Counted from the first letter of the stretch, positions 41,991-53,257 are shown. The stretch is 64,000 nt of DNA from Syntrophorhabdaceae bacterium (GCA_963665295.1 OY762209.1:608001-672000), one strand, 5' to 3'. Numbers and translations: made by a program. The notes: generated by a model not told the origin, from the sequence alone.

Positions 41991-42298
41991 CCGTTCCCTC
42001 CTGGGTACTTATTTAGAATGTTGTTAACCCGAATGAGTCGGCAAGTCAAGGATTTTTTGTGACTTTTTTCACTGCCGACGGATTACGATAACCATTCCCC
42101 TCCGCCATTTATAAGTCCCGTGCCCGGGGAAGAGGATCTCCAATCAACGCGCATGGTTCCAATGCCGCGTCCCCGCTCCATCCTGTCCTGGTTTTCATAC
42201 GTTCCCCGGCCCTCATAAGGCTAAGGAAGCCGCCGGAATCGCCCCATGACCCCGCGGGGACGCTCCGCTCGACCACGACTTCCCGACAACATTTTCTT

Positions 42299-42326
42299 TT
42301 GACGGAAGTGGGTGCCGGGGTATAAT
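42299..42326 (+). promoter_or_regulatory. Near-consensus sigma-70 promoter for the decarboxylase gene
   Basis: TTGACG-N16-TATAAT. Confidence 0.6.
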
Positions 42327-42366
42327 AGAAAGACAGAAATTGAACAAAAGCGGGAGGTGGTGGACC

Positions 42367-44226
42367 ATGGACGACCGGATAGACGTGAATGCCCTTTTTC
42401 TCGGGCCCAAATCCGAGAATTATCAATTTTTTAAGGAGATGCTCAATTTTCTCATGGACGACCATGCGGAGTGGCGACGCTATTTTCATCCGGAAGATCA
42501 GCCTATTGTGACCCGCGAGGCACAGGAGGAAGCCGGTTTTCTCTCCACCCTGCAGAGGACCCGCGAGGCCCTCGTCGAATTGGCGGGCAACCTGCAGCTC
42601 TCGTCCACTCCGTGGTTCTCTCCGCGCTACCTTGGCCACATGACCACCGACACCCTGATGGCCGCCAATCTTGGCTATATGCTGACTCTTCTTTATAACC
42701 CCAATAACTGCGCCTTCGAGGGCTCTCCCGCAACCACTGCCCTGGAAATAGAGGTAGGTCGGCAACTGGCGGAACTCATGGGTTATGACCCGCAAAAGGC
42801 CTGGGGACATATTACATCAGGCGGGACCGTGGCGAACTACGAGGCCCTCTGGATGGCCCGCAACCTGAAATCGATTCCCGCCGCGGTGAGGGCGGTGCAG
42901 CCCGAACTTGTCACCGGTCTGGATGATTGGCAACTGTCGAACCTTCCCACTGCCCGGGTCCTCGACCTGCTCGATGCAATCAAGGCATCGGGGCGCTTTG
43001 AGGAGGTGCGGCAAAATTGCGTACGGGGCGTGGGCATGAAAGGTAATGGAATGGGCAAGGTTCTCGTCCCCCAATCAAAACACTATTCCTGGACAAAGGC
43101 CGCCGATATCCTGGGTATCGGGCAGGAGAACCTTATCTCCATTCCCGTGGGACCGAACTACCGTATGGACACGAAAGCCCTGAAGCGTCGCATCGACTCA
43201 CTTATCGCAGAAAAGACACCCGTACTCGCGGTGGTGGCTGTCGTGGGCACCACAGAAGAAGGCGCGGTGGACGAAGTCCATGAGATCGTGAGACTCAGAG
43301 ACCGGTATGAGGATCAGGGGGTATCGTTCTATCTGCACGTTGACGCAGCCTACGGGGGCTATGCGCGGGCCCTGTTCCTGGACGAGGGCATGCGGTTCAT
43401 GGAATATGCCGAAGTCGGCAGGCAACATGCCCGGCAAGGCGTGCTGCACCACGATACCGACTGGCTGAATGTGAGCGTATATGAGGCCTTCAAGGCCACG
43501 AGCGAGGCGGATTCCATCACGGTAGATCCCCACAAGCTGGGTTACGTCCCCTATGCGGCGGGAGCCATCGTGGCCAAGGACCGCCGTGTAATAGACATAA
43601 TCTCCTATTTCGCCTCCTATGTCTTTGAAAAGGACGAGGTGAGCCCCATGTTGCTGGGAAGCTACATCATGGAGGGTTCGAAGGCCGGTGCGACTGTGGC
43701 CGCCGTCTGGATGGCCCACCGTGTCGTCCCCCTCAACATCAAGGGCTACGGACGTATTATAGGGCACAGCATCGAAGGTGCTTTCCGCTTCTATCGCTCC
43801 CTTGAATCCCACGGTACATTTGCCGTCCATGGCAGAGAGTTCGAAATCGTCACCCTCACCGCTCCGGACATCAATGTTGTGGACTATGCCGTCCACGAAA
43901 AAGGCAACGGAAGCCTGGAGGAGATGAACAGGCTGAACCGGATGATCTATGAGCAGTGTTCGTATAAATCCGGTCCGTTATACACAAATGAGTTCATCAC
44001 CTCCAAGACCTCCCTGACCAGGGAAGAATATGACGACGCACCCTTCTCTTTCCTTGAGAAACTGGGAATAGGCAGAGACGAATGGGAGGCAACGGGAAGC
44101 GTGTATGTCCTCCGTTCCTGCGTCGTCACCCCCTACCTCGTTCACAACACTTACGAGGCATACTGGAACAGCTTCATAGAGGCCATGAAAACAGCCGTGG
44201 CCCGCGTCCATCAAGCGCAGCCTTGA
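42367..44226 (+). CDS. PLP-dependent group II decarboxylase (tyrosine decarboxylase-like)
   Basis: FLGPKSEN, RYLGHM, GGTVAN, HYSW, GTTEEGAVD, HVDAAYGGY, DPHK, EGSK. Confidence 0.88.
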   Translation: MDDRIDVNALFLGPKSENYQFFKEMLNFLMDDHAEWRRYFHPEDQPIVTREAQEEAGFLSTLQRTREALVELAGNLQLSSTPWFSPRYLGHMTTDTLMAANLGYMLTLLYNPNNCAFEGSPATTALEIEVGRQLAELMGYDPQKAWGHITSGGTVANYEALWMARNLKSIPAAVRAVQPELVTGLDDWQLSNLPTARVLDLLDAIKASGRFEEVRQNCVRGVGMKGNGMGKVLVPQSKHYSWTKAADILGIGQENLISIPVGPNYRMDTKALKRRIDSLIAEKTPVLAVVAVVGTTEEGAVDEVHEIVRLRDRYEDQGVSFYLHVDAAYGGYARALFLDEGMRFMEYAEVGRQHARQGVLHHDTDWLNVSVYEAFKATSEADSITVDPHKLGYVPYAAGAIVAKDRRVIDIISYFASYVFEKDEVSPMLLGSYIMEGSKAGATVAAVWMAHRVVPLNIKGYGRIIGHSIEGAFRFYRSLESHGTFAVHGREFEIVTLTAPDINVVDYAVHEKGNGSLEEMNRLNRMIYEQCSYKSGPLYTNEFITSKTSLTREEYDDAPFSFLEKLGIGRDEWEATGSVYVLRSCVVTPYLVHNTYEAYWNSFIEAMKTAVARVHQAQP

Positions 44227-44306
44227 CGGATGACTGATAAGGCATGCCATCATGAAGGCGGCGACCGGCCAAAAAGGACAGGGAGTTTCTCGCCTTCGAC
44301 GTAAGC

Positions 44307-46229
44307 CTATGGTTGCTGTGTCACGGTAAAGGTCTTATTCTTTGATGGGTTGCCGGCAATATATACTTTTATCTTTCCGTTTCTCTGCTTTCCGGTCGCG
44401 TTCTGTGTGACCCAATAATTGACCCTGTCCGCCGTCATGGAAGAGACGCTTAACCATGGGGCCCCGGAGCTCACCTCCGCGTTCCATGCGCAACCTGCGG
44501 GAACGGTCACGGCAAAGGATGTGGACTGGGGCGAGGACGTGGGGGTGGCGCTCGTGGGCCAAAAGGCGGTGACGGCGCACGGCATGCCTGCCTGGGCGAC
44601 GCCGAAAGTCTCGCCGCCTATGGCGACGGTGCCGCTTCTGGCGATAGCCGTGGCGTTCGCGCTTGCGGTAATCCTCACTGAACCTTTGTTATTCTTGAAC
44701 GAAACGAGGTCGGCGCTGAACCATGTGTCCGAGGCGGCGATATAGGGACTGCTGCAACTCTTCGCCCCTTTGGCGGCAACCGTGACATTTGCGTATCCTT
44801 CCTTATAGGAGAAAGATTTCTTCCTGGGAGAAACGGGGTAGCTGCATGTCACTTTGTCGAAGGCGGCCCATACGGACCTGTTTGCCTTCATGGAGACCTT
44901 GCATGTCCCCGTGCCGGTGCAGTCACCGGACCATCCCGCAAAGACGCAATCCGTGTCGGGTTGGGCAGTGAGGGACACGGAAGCGCCTTTCCCGTAACTC
45001 GCACTGCAGGCAACGCCACAGGCGATGCCTGAAGAGTTGGAGGTGACCGTACCTGTGCCGGTCCCTGATTTGGCGACCACAAGCGTGGGGAGATCGGGAA
45101 GAGGTTCAAACACGCCTGTGTGCGTAAGGTCATGATGGAACATGGGCCACGGTGACGAGGCAAGGCCCGCGGACGAACTGTGGATGGCATAGAGCTTATG
45201 GTCCTCCGACCCCACATAGATGGTCTTGTCCGCGCCGATGACGGGGGAAGAGGTGACCGGGCCTCCCGTGGCATAGGACCACTTGAGGCTGCCTTTTGGA
45301 TCGACGGCATAAAGGCTGGAGTTATCCGAACCCACATAGATGATCCCGTCGGCCCCGATGGCAGGAGAGACAATGCCTCCCGCGGCATAAGACCACTTGA
45401 GGCTGCCGTTGGGACTGACCGCATAGAGGCTGTCCGATTCCACATAGATGGTTTGGTCGGCTCCGATGGAGGGAGAAGAGGTAACCGGGCCTCCCGTGAC
45501 ATAGGACCACTTGAGGCTGCCGTCGGAATTGACGGCCCAAAGATTGAAGCCCTGCGATCCCACATAGATGGTCCCGTCGGCTCCGATAGACGGGGAAGAG
45601 GTGATCGAATTTCCCGTGGCGAAGGACCACCTGAGGCTACCGAGGGAATTGATGGCATAGAGCCTGGTGTCCGTCCCGGCAACGCCCGACCCCACATATA
45701 TGGCCCCGTCGGCTCCGATGGCGGGGGAAGAGATGATCCCGTCTCCCGTGGCATAGGCCCATTTAAGGGTACCGTTGGGATTGACGGCATAGAGATTGCT
45801 GTCCAGGGACCCCACATAGATGGTCCCGTCGGCCCCGATGGCGGGGGAAGAGGTGACGGCCGTCCCCGAGGTCGTGTTTCCCGTGTCGTAAGACCACTTA
45901 GGCCAACCATTCGTGGTGAAGGCGTAGAGATTGCCGTCGTCCGACACCACATAGATGGTTCCGTCGGCCCCGATGGCGGGGGAAGAGGTGATCGGGCCTC
46001 CCACGGCATAGGCCCATTTAAGGGTACCGTTGGGATTGACGGCATAGAGTCTGTAGTCCTCCGACCCTACGTAGATGGTCCCGTCGGCCCCGATGGCGGG
46101 GGAAGAGATGATCGGTCCTCCCGTGGTATAGGACCACTTGAGGGTGCCCGGCGTTCCCGAGCCATGGACCATGCCGGACGAAATGATAAGGAATACACCT
46201 GCGAACAATCCGTAAACGCATCTTCTCAT
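44307..46229 (-). CDS. Secreted PQQ-like beta-propeller repeat protein with InlB B-repeat and BACON-like domains
   Basis: About 8 repeats of LKWSY..GG..TSSPAIGADGTIYVGS; WPMFHHD; C-terminal Ig-like modules. Confidence 0.85.
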   Translation of the reverse strand: MRRCVYGLFAGVFLIISSGMVHGSGTPGTLKWSYTTGGPIISSPAIGADGTIYVGSEDYRLYAVNPNGTLKWAYAVGGPITSSPAIGADGTIYVVSDDGNLYAFTTNGWPKWSYDTGNTTSGTAVTSSPAIGADGTIYVGSLDSNLYAVNPNGTLKWAYATGDGIISSPAIGADGAIYVGSGVAGTDTRLYAINSLGSLRWSFATGNSITSSPSIGADGTIYVGSQGFNLWAVNSDGSLKWSYVTGGPVTSSPSIGADQTIYVESDSLYAVSPNGSLKWSYAAGGIVSPAIGADGIIYVGSDNSSLYAVDPKGSLKWSYATGGPVTSSPVIGADKTIYVGSEDHKLYAIHSSSAGLASSPWPMFHHDLTHTGVFEPLPDLPTLVVAKSGTGTGTVTSNSSGIACGVACSASYGKGASVSLTAQPDTDCVFAGWSGDCTGTGTCKVSMKANRSVWAAFDKVTCSYPVSPRKKSFSYKEGYANVTVAAKGAKSCSSPYIAASDTWFSADLVSFKNNKGSVRITASANATAIARSGTVAIGGETFGVAQAGMPCAVTAFWPTSATPTSSPQSTSFAVTVPAGCAWNAEVSSGAPWLSVSSMTADRVNYWVTQNATGKQRNGKIKVYIAGNPSKNKTFTVTQQP

Positions 46230-46509
46230 GCCGTATCTCCTTAAGGCCGACCCGCACTCAAGCGCCGGACCGCGCTGCCGGCAACGGAGGGTATGGGCAA
46301 TGCAATGGGGTGGACGCGCCGTGGGGCAATCGCTTTCAGACGGTTTTCTCTCCCGGTCTTACCGGCACGGCGTTCAAGGATATCCCCATTTCATATGGTA
46401 CTGAATGAACGGTTTTGGTGTCAATGTTTTTTGAAAAAAGAGCATAGTTCCGACAGAAGGGACTGCTTCGCCGTTGCGGCGCTGCCTTGGGACAACGATG
46501 GCAATCAGG

Positions 46510-46743
46510 TTATTTCAACAGGGTTCGTTCCCATCCCGGGTGATACTTGAATGAAACGCTGATTCTTACCCTGTAGCCGACCGGCTTCCCGTTTTCCAGC
46601 ACTACATCCTGTCTCACCACCTCACCGACACGGAGGTCCATGACGCTCTTCGCGGCAGTCTCTACGGCCTGTCGTGCTGCGTCTTCCCATGAGACTGCGC
46701 TGGTTCCTACAATCTCATTAATGACATACACACTTTCCGCCAT
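46510..46743 (-). CDS. Dodecin family protein
   Basis: SVY...EIVGTS..SWEDAA...YRVRISVSFKY; AAGGAGG RBS. Confidence 0.88.
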   Translation of the reverse strand: MAESVYVINEIVGTSAVSWEDAARQAVETAAKSVMDLRVGEVVRQDVVLENGKPVGYRVRISVSFKYHPGWERTLLK

Positions 46744-46980
46744 AACAGCCTCCTTATGTATTTGCGTCTTTGAGGATGCCTATGTTGTTAATAGGCATCC
46801 ATAAGAGACATGTCAAGGCAGCGTCCATCACGAAAAGGAACGCCGGGAGGCCGGGGTTGACGGCGATGGAACCCCGTGGAGAAACCCGGCGATCCGCGCC
46901 GCGGGAGGTGGGACGGGCAAAGGCCGTTACCCGGCTTGACATGGGGTCGATTGGCGGCTATGTTTAGGTGTAGAGACTTT

Positions 46981-47490
46981 ATGAACGTTAAAGACGATAT
47001 ACTGAAAGACAAGACGATACTGATTGTGGACGATGAACCGGACGTCCTGGATACCCTCGGGGAACTCCTTTCCCCGTGCACGGTGGTGAAAGCGGGAACC
47101 TTCGAGGAGGCAAAGGGACAATTGCAAAGCCGACCCTTTGATGCGGCCATCCTGGATATCATGGGGGTCGATGGGTACAAACTCCTGGGAATAGCCGTCG
47201 AAAGAGAGGTCACTGCCGTGATGTTTACCGCCCACAGTCTCAGCCCCGAGAATGTGATGATATCCTACAGGCACGGTGCCGCCTACTTTGTGCCGAAAGA
47301 CAAGATGGATGAGATGCCGGAAATCCTCGGGAACATTTTCGAGGCAAAGCAAAAGGGCCGGAACACGTGGGTGACTTTTTCGGATTGGGCCGAACCGTAT
47401 TACAGGTTCAAGTTCGGGCCCGGGTGGCAAAGGACGAAAGTGGAGTTGGAGGAGGAGTTGGAGACGGTCAAGATCGATAGGATCGCGTAG
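46981..47490 (+). CDS. Single-domain response regulator
   Basis: ILIVDDE, ILDIMGVDG, FTAH, VPK. Confidence 0.85.
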   Translation: MNVKDDILKDKTILIVDDEPDVLDTLGELLSPCTVVKAGTFEEAKGQLQSRPFDAAILDIMGVDGYKLLGIAVEREVTAVMFTAHSLSPENVMISYRHGAAYFVPKDKMDEMPEILGNIFEAKQKGRNTWVTFSDWAEPYYRFKFGPGWQRTKVELEEELETVKIDRIA

Positions 47491-47577
47491 GGACCGTTTT
47501 ATGGAGCGAAGTCCGCACAAGATTGCAGTCTTCGCTCCATGCGGCTAATTTTCCCGTCTCAATGATGCAGGCAGGTC

Positions 47578-48168
47578 CTATTTCCCCGGTTTGTACTTCT
47601 CATTACATTTTGCGTCGTTGAAGTCACATACGTTTATGGGACATGTCTTTATATTCTTTCTCGTGGCGAAGTCATAGCACTTTACCTGCAAATTACATCC
47701 CGGCTCACTCTTCGGGCAGGTCAATACCGCGTCTGAACAGCTTGTGCCATGCCATTTGCCGAAATTGTACGTAAAACCGTCGGGGGTCTGGCGCATGTTG
47801 GAGTATCTCCCCTTAAGGTAGTTAATCCATTCCTGTTTCGCAAGGTAGCGCCCGGTGCCCCGTTTGAGGGTAGTAGTTTCCAGCGCAGCCTTTGCTTTGA
47901 GGTAATCCTCATGGGTGAATTGCGTGCATGTGTTCGCGTCCTGCTGGTCGGGCGACAGGCTTGGGGCGGCAGCCTTGATTGGTTCAGGCGCCTGGACTGC
48001 CTGTCCGCCCGTTACCGCATCTTTCGCAGCGGCGGCGTCAGGCACTGCCGGTTTTGGCGCAGCTTGTCCCACAGCGTCCTTTGCGGCGCCCTGTATCGCA
48101 TCCATCAACCCCGCATTGGCCGTTGCAGCAAACCCTATGATAATCAGTACCAGAAACAATTTCCTCAT
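47578..48168 (-). CDS. Secreted Cys-rich hypothetical protein
   Basis: Signal peptide, Ala/Pro linker, 8 Cys; GGAGGAGG RBS. Confidence 0.7.
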   Translation of the reverse strand: MRKLFLVLIIIGFAATANAGLMDAIQGAAKDAVGQAAPKPAVPDAAAAKDAVTGGQAVQAPEPIKAAAPSLSPDQQDANTCTQFTHEDYLKAKAALETTTLKRGTGRYLAKQEWINYLKGRYSNMRQTPDGFTYNFGKWHGTSCSDAVLTCPKSEPGCNLQVKCYDFATRKNIKTCPINVCDFNDAKCNEKYKPGK

Positions 48169-48481
48169 AACCCCCTCCTCCTTTTCGTTAATTTATTCTC
48201 ACAGTGTGAATCCTATCCGAGGTAACCGCTCTCTGTCAAGACCAAAACCAGTGTATACCCTATATCAGGGGCGGCGAACCCGGTTTCCCGCTGGGCCGGT
48301 TATATACTTCCACTTCGCGTATCGTGCCTGCAAAACGTGAGGGGCCCCGCTCCAGGACGCATGGTCTCTACTTTTCAAGCCTTTCGGCTGCCGTTCGAAT
48401 CGCGGGAGGCAGGTTCCCTGACAGAAGTTCCATTGCAGTGATGATTGTTGTGGAGAGCAACGTATCGAACCGCGGGAGATT

Positions 48482-48973
48482 TCATTGTCCTAAAACAATG
48501 TTTGGTATGTGTTTCGCCTGCCACTCTTTGCCTTCACTGGAAATATTCGTGATAACGACGCCCGCCTGTGTTTCAAAGGTAATCCTGGGTTTCGCCTGGT
48601 CCCGGAAATCGATGGTACCGGAGGCTATTGCCCCATACTGGTTCTTTCCTTTGATAAGATGGACCCCTTTTGAAACGACCGTTCTTTCGACAAGAAGGTA
48701 GACTTCGGCTTGCGTATATATGCCCGTTCCTGCACCGCCCTCAAAGATGCTCACCACATCTATCGAATACCCGGTATATCTTAAATGACCGACGATTGGA
48801 GGTCTGTAGGATTTGCCGTTTACCATAAATTCCACGGCAATGTTTGTTCCGTAGCCGGAATCAGGGTCAATGGGAAAACAGATTGAATGTGCGAATATTA
48901 TGGAAAGGCACAAGAAGACCGCCCCCATCCTGTGCGCCCCCTCCAACGACCACCGCAGTCCCCGATTCTTCAT
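48482..48973 (-). CDS. Hypothetical exported protein
   Basis: Open frame with a hydrophobic segment; start uncertain. Confidence 0.45.
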   Translation of the reverse strand: MKNRGLRWSLEGAHRMGAVFLCLSIIFAHSICFPIDPDSGYGTNIAVEFMVNGKSYRPPIVGHLRYTGYSIDVVSIFEGGAGTGIYTQAEVYLLVERTVVSKGVHLIKGKNQYGAIASGTIDFRDQAKPRITFETQAGVVITNISSEGKEWQAKHIPNIVLGQ

Positions 48974-49243
48974 GCGCCACCATCCCTCAAAGAGCATGAC
49001 CGTCGACTCCATGAACCAGGCCTCTCCATATAATATAATCATTCGCGCCCCCTTACTCCATTTCGAAACCGGCGGGAACATACTTTCGGCCTTGACGTAA
49101 GGCCGGACACTTTTATAAAGTAGAGACGGCAGGAAAGAGATTATCGAGAAGCCTTTCGGATAAAACCGGATTGGGCGTTCGGGTCGAAGGGACAACATGA
49201 ACGCAGCCGGTACTGATAAATTATTGAATCAGGAGGCAGGGCC

Positions 49244-49537
49244 ATGACCGAAACAGAAATAGATATCCTCATGAAATGTTTCATGGATGTGATGACAAAG
49301 GAGTATGGACTCGTGAACGGCACGAGCAAGGAAGTGGTTGCTCAACTCAAGGCAATGAACATCACGGTAGGCGACAACACGGACACTGAGCCTGATCCGG
49401 CCCGGCAAGGGTTGCATGTGGTTCAGAACGTGGACGGCAAACGGGTCCTCCTGTTCTTTATCGGACGGCCTCACCCGGAGGAAGGGGCCATGGTTGTCCG
49501 ATACGGTGTGCCGGTGAAGGGATCAGACTGTAATTAG
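49244..49537 (+). CDS. Hypothetical protein
   Basis: AGGAGG RBS; open frame. Confidence 0.6.
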   Translation: MTETEIDILMKCFMDVMTKEYGLVNGTSKEVVAQLKAMNITVGDNTDTEPDPARQGLHVVQNVDGKRVLLFFIGRPHPEEGAMVVRYGVPVKGSDCN

Positions 49538-49596
49538 GGAGTCCGCACCCTGGACAAGGTACTGCGTGGGGCATGTCGGCTGCTGGCGGTAATCAT

Positions 49597-50550
49597 ATGA
49601 AAAAGCTGCTGGAAGATCACGGGTTCATACTGATGGAGGCCTCTATCGTCGAACGGTTGCGCCGGTCGGGTCATGTGCGGCTGCATCCGAGTCTTGCCCA
49701 TGCACCTCTTATCTATGACGATGCAGGCAGGGAAGCCCTCCGGAATATCTATGAAGAGTATATCGATGTTGCTTTCGATGCAGGCGTGCCCTTTCTCATG
49801 TATACGCCCACGTGGCGGGCCAACCGGTCCCGGGCTCTCGAAACGGAACCTTGTCATGCTGTTAATGGCGATGCAGTGCGTTTCATGAGCCGGATCCGTG
49901 AGACCCATCGGTCTGGCGGCGGGCTCATAAAGATCGGCGGGATGATCGGTTGCAAGAATGACTGCTACAACCCGGCGGAAGGCCTCTCCGCCTGTGAATC
50001 CGAAGTATTTCATGCCTGGCAGGTTGAAGAACTGGCGCAGGCGGGTGTGGACTACCTGATCGCCGCGACACTTCCAAACGTTGAAGAAGCAATCGGTATT
50101 GCAAAGGCAATGGAAAAGACAGGTTTACCTTATATCATCAGTTTCGTGATATCCCGGGACGGCTGTGTTCTGGACGGAACGAGTCTCAGCGCCGCCATAG
50201 ACCTCGTTGATTCCAATACCCGTCAAAAACCGGTAGGATTCATGGCGAACTGCTCTTATCCGTCGTTTCTTTGCGCCGCCGATCAACCGGTCTCACTCTT
50301 TACACGGTTCATCGGCTGTCAGGCAAATGCCTCCGCAATGGACCATTGCGATCTCGACAACGCGGATCAATTGGAAGCGGAACCGATATCGGATTGGGGA
50401 AAAGAGATGTTGACCCTCAATCGATCATATGGAGTGAAAATACTGGGCGGTTGTTGCGGAACATCCGCCGGGCACTTGCGCTACCTCGTCGAGCATATAA
50501 ATGGTTCACAACTCCCGGCACGGGAAGATGGTGCTCCCCCACAACGCTGA
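49597..50550 (+). CDS. Homocysteine S-methyltransferase family protein
   Basis: TPTWRAN, GVDYL, ANC, GGCCG Zn ligands. Confidence 0.85.
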   Translation: MKKLLEDHGFILMEASIVERLRRSGHVRLHPSLAHAPLIYDDAGREALRNIYEEYIDVAFDAGVPFLMYTPTWRANRSRALETEPCHAVNGDAVRFMSRIRETHRSGGGLIKIGGMIGCKNDCYNPAEGLSACESEVFHAWQVEELAQAGVDYLIAATLPNVEEAIGIAKAMEKTGLPYIISFVISRDGCVLDGTSLSAAIDLVDSNTRQKPVGFMANCSYPSFLCAADQPVSLFTRFIGCQANASAMDHCDLDNADQLEAEPISDWGKEMLTLNRSYGVKILGGCCGTSAGHLRYLVEHINGSQLPAREDGAPPQR

Positions 50551-50822
50551 AGCGGCACTGTTCCGTCCCTTCTCCGCGTCCGCCTCTTCCCTGTCTTACC
50601 CATGTCCAATGAAAGCTGAAGGCGGGCAATCCTCAAATATCCCTTGACAACCTCATCGATATGGCAAGAGAATATTGAAAGACAGATTATGGTGAACTTC
50701 GAGGCGCCGAAATGCACGGAGGCGAGTCGGAAGCGGGGAAGTCATAGAGATTTCAATAACCTCCTCCGCCTCCAAACGGCAGGCCGGCAGCGGTAAGGTT
50801 CGCGATGGGGTGGGATTTCAGT

Positions 50823-52049
50823 ATGAATATAGACATACGCCGGATGGTCCTGGTGATCGGCAGCGCGATTGATCTCGTGGGGGTGGACGACGCACTCCAT
50901 GGGCGGCGCGTCGGAGTGATCGCCTATGAATGCGCCAAGCACCTCGGCTGGGACCAGAAGGCCCGGAATATGCTCTTTGACGCCGGGCTCCTGCATGACT
51001 GCGGCGTGTCATCAACCCGCGAGCACCATACCATCGTAAGTGAGCTTGATTGGCAGGGCTCTCAGGCCCACTGCCGGAAGGGGTACGAGTTGCTCAAAGA
51101 CTTCAGGCCTCTCGCGCACCTTGCCCCCATCATATTATACCACCATACCCATTGGGAGGACTTGCCGACTCAGAAGTTGTCTCCCCTCGTCTCCCGCTTC
51201 GCGAACCTCATTTACCTCGCGGATCGGATAGACGCACAGGCCATGCCCTATTACACGGATAATTCACTTCTTCTCCACGTGGAAGAGCTTCGGACTCTCA
51301 TGAGCCGATATAGTGGAACGTTTTTTGCGCCCGAGTTAGTCGATGCCTTTCTTTATGCCTCCCAGACCGAAGCATTCTGGTTGGCCCTGGACGCGGATCT
51401 GGTCCACCGTTATATAAGCGAAGTCGGAGGCGACCACAAGAAGCAGCGCATCAGCATAAAGGAGTTGAAACAGTTCGCTCTCATCGTGGCGGATATCGTG
51501 GACGCCAAGTCCCATTTTACTACCGCCCATTCACTGGGCGTGGGCCGGGTTGCCCGACTGTTGGCCGGCAAGATGGGCATCACCGGTAAGCACCTGGACC
51601 TCATTGAGATTGCCGCCCTTCTCCACGACATCGGCAAGCTCCAGATTCCGGACGAAGTGCTGGAAAGCAAGGCAAAGCTCACCATAGAAGAACGGGCGTT
51701 GATAAAAAAACACAGTTATGTCACCTACCAGATATTGCAACGGGTCGGAGGGTTTGAGGAGTTGGTCGATTGGGCTTCCCAACACCATGAATCACTCAGG
51801 GGCGACGGATACCCATTTCACCTGTCGGGCGGCGAAATACCCATCGAGTCCCGGATCATCAAGGTGGCGGATATATATCAGGCCCTCGCCCAGAACCGTC
51901 CCTACAGATCGCCCATGGCTCCCGCCGATATCCTTCGTTTGTTGCGCTCCATGCAGACGGACAGCGAACTCGACCCGACGGTTGTTGATTTCGTTGAACG
52001 TAACCTCGACGAATGCCACAAAGCAGCCATAGGCCCGGAGGTCGAATGA
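50823..52049 (+). CDS. Tandem HD / HD-GYP phosphohydrolase
   Basis: LLHDCG and LLHDIGK; HHESLRGDGYP; VADIYQAL...RPYR. Confidence 0.88.
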   Translation: MNIDIRRMVLVIGSAIDLVGVDDALHGRRVGVIAYECAKHLGWDQKARNMLFDAGLLHDCGVSSTREHHTIVSELDWQGSQAHCRKGYELLKDFRPLAHLAPIILYHHTHWEDLPTQKLSPLVSRFANLIYLADRIDAQAMPYYTDNSLLLHVEELRTLMSRYSGTFFAPELVDAFLYASQTEAFWLALDADLVHRYISEVGGDHKKQRISIKELKQFALIVADIVDAKSHFTTAHSLGVGRVARLLAGKMGITGKHLDLIEIAALLHDIGKLQIPDEVLESKAKLTIEERALIKKHSYVTYQILQRVGGFEELVDWASQHHESLRGDGYPFHLSGGEIPIESRIIKVADIYQALAQNRPYRSPMAPADILRLLRSMQTDSELDPTVVDFVERNLDECHKAAIGPEVE

Positions 52050-52111
52050 TTTCGACAACCCCATGAAAGGTTCACCCCCCGCCAAAGCCATCTCACCGGT
52101 GCCCCCGCCTT

Positions 52112-53257
52112 TCACTCCTGACTCTGACTTCTGACTTCTGACTCCTGACTGTTCTTCTTAATCGCGTCTGCCCTCGCATGGGCGACCTGGCAGAAATATT
52201 CCACCGGCGCATCCATCTCCCCCGTCTCCAGCCAGGAATGGGCGGGACACCAGAGGCACATGTTTGTCAGGGCGCATTTACGACAGGTTTCGCGGAACTC
52301 GCGGCGCGACGAGCGCTTATCCCGCACCTTGGAGACAAGCTGCTCCCATGCCTCGCGGAGCGTCCCCCGGCGCAGATCGTACATGGTTTCCGGCGCCCAC
52401 AGGGAAGAACAGAGGCGGAACCTGCCGTCGTAACCGACGTTGAAACTCCCCGTCCCCGCCCCGCAATGGAAAAGGTGGTCGCAGCCACGACGGGTGAAAC
52501 CCGCATCGATAAGATCGTCGCACCCGGCCCGCAAAGCGCTGATGCGCCTTTCGTCCGCCCCCTCCAGGGCAACGATCTCCTCGGGCGTGAGGCGTTCAGC
52601 CCGGATCTCTGCGTTGCGCCCTTCATTCCGGTCAAAGCGCAGATGCAACTGGGGGTCAAAGCGGAAATAGTCCTTCGTGCGAGGGCGGCAGAAGGCGGCA
52701 ATAGCAGGCATTTCGTGGAAGTTGGATCGCATGGCCATGGCCTTCAGGCGAACCTTCACGTCGCTCTTCAGCAGCCGGTTGAGACCCTTTGTAAAAGCGG
52801 CAAAGGACCCGGGCCGGCGGGTAACACGCTCGTAAATTTCCTGAGACGCGCCATAGACAGTGACTTCCATATCCCGAGGCGGGTATTTCCTGAACAGGGC
52901 GATATGCTCGTCCCTCAGGAGCGTCGCGTTTGTAAAGACTGAAACGAGGAGGCCCTTGCGCTTGAGATTGAGGTAAATCTCCGGGAAGTCCTCGCGCAGG
53001 AGGGGCTCTCCGCCGGAAATGAGGACCCACATCGCGCCAAGGGCAACCGCCTGATCGGCAATACCGCTGATCTCCGGCAGAGACAGCTCCGTTGACTGGG
53101 CTTCCCTGTCATTGACGGGAAGATTGATATAACAGTGGCGGCAATTATTGTTGCAGCGCGCCGTAATCTCCAGGTCAAAGGAAAGGACGGCGTGACGCTC
53201 CTTGAGTCTATTCCAAAGGGGGAGGTCCTGGATTTCCTTTGCTGCAAAGGGGCGCAT
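52112..53257 (-). CDS. Radical SAM/SPASM peptide maturase 3
   Basis: CNNNCRHC, SGGEPLLR, CGAG...C, CRKC..TNMCLWC. Confidence 0.9.
   Translation of the reverse strand: MRPFAAKEIQDLPLWNRLKERHAVLSFDLEITARCNNNCRHCYINLPVNDREAQSTELSLPEISGIADQAVALGAMWVLISGGEPLLREDFPEIYLNLKRKGLLVSVFTNATLLRDEHIALFRKYPPRDMEVTVYGASQEIYERVTRRPGSFAAFTKGLNRLLKSDVKVRLKAMAMRSNFHEMPAIAAFCRPRTKDYFRFDPQLHLRFDRNEGRNAEIRAERLTPEEIVALEGADERRISALRAGCDDLIDAGFTRRGCDHLFHCGAGTGSFNVGYDGRFRLCSSLWAPETMYDLRRGTLREAWEQLVSKVRDKRSSRREFRETCRKCALTNMCLWCPAHSWLETGEMDAPVEYFCQVAHARADAIKKNSQESEVRSQSQE
52116..52150. repeat. Short heptamer tandem repeat (CTGACTY)n at the 3' end of rSAM 3
   Basis: ctgactctgacttctgacttctgactcctgact. Confidence 0.7.

Noticed and set aside
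45170..46150. About 120-bp DNA repeats and long alternative-frame ORFs
   Set aside because: Explained by beta-propeller blade repeats of the 44307-46229 protein.
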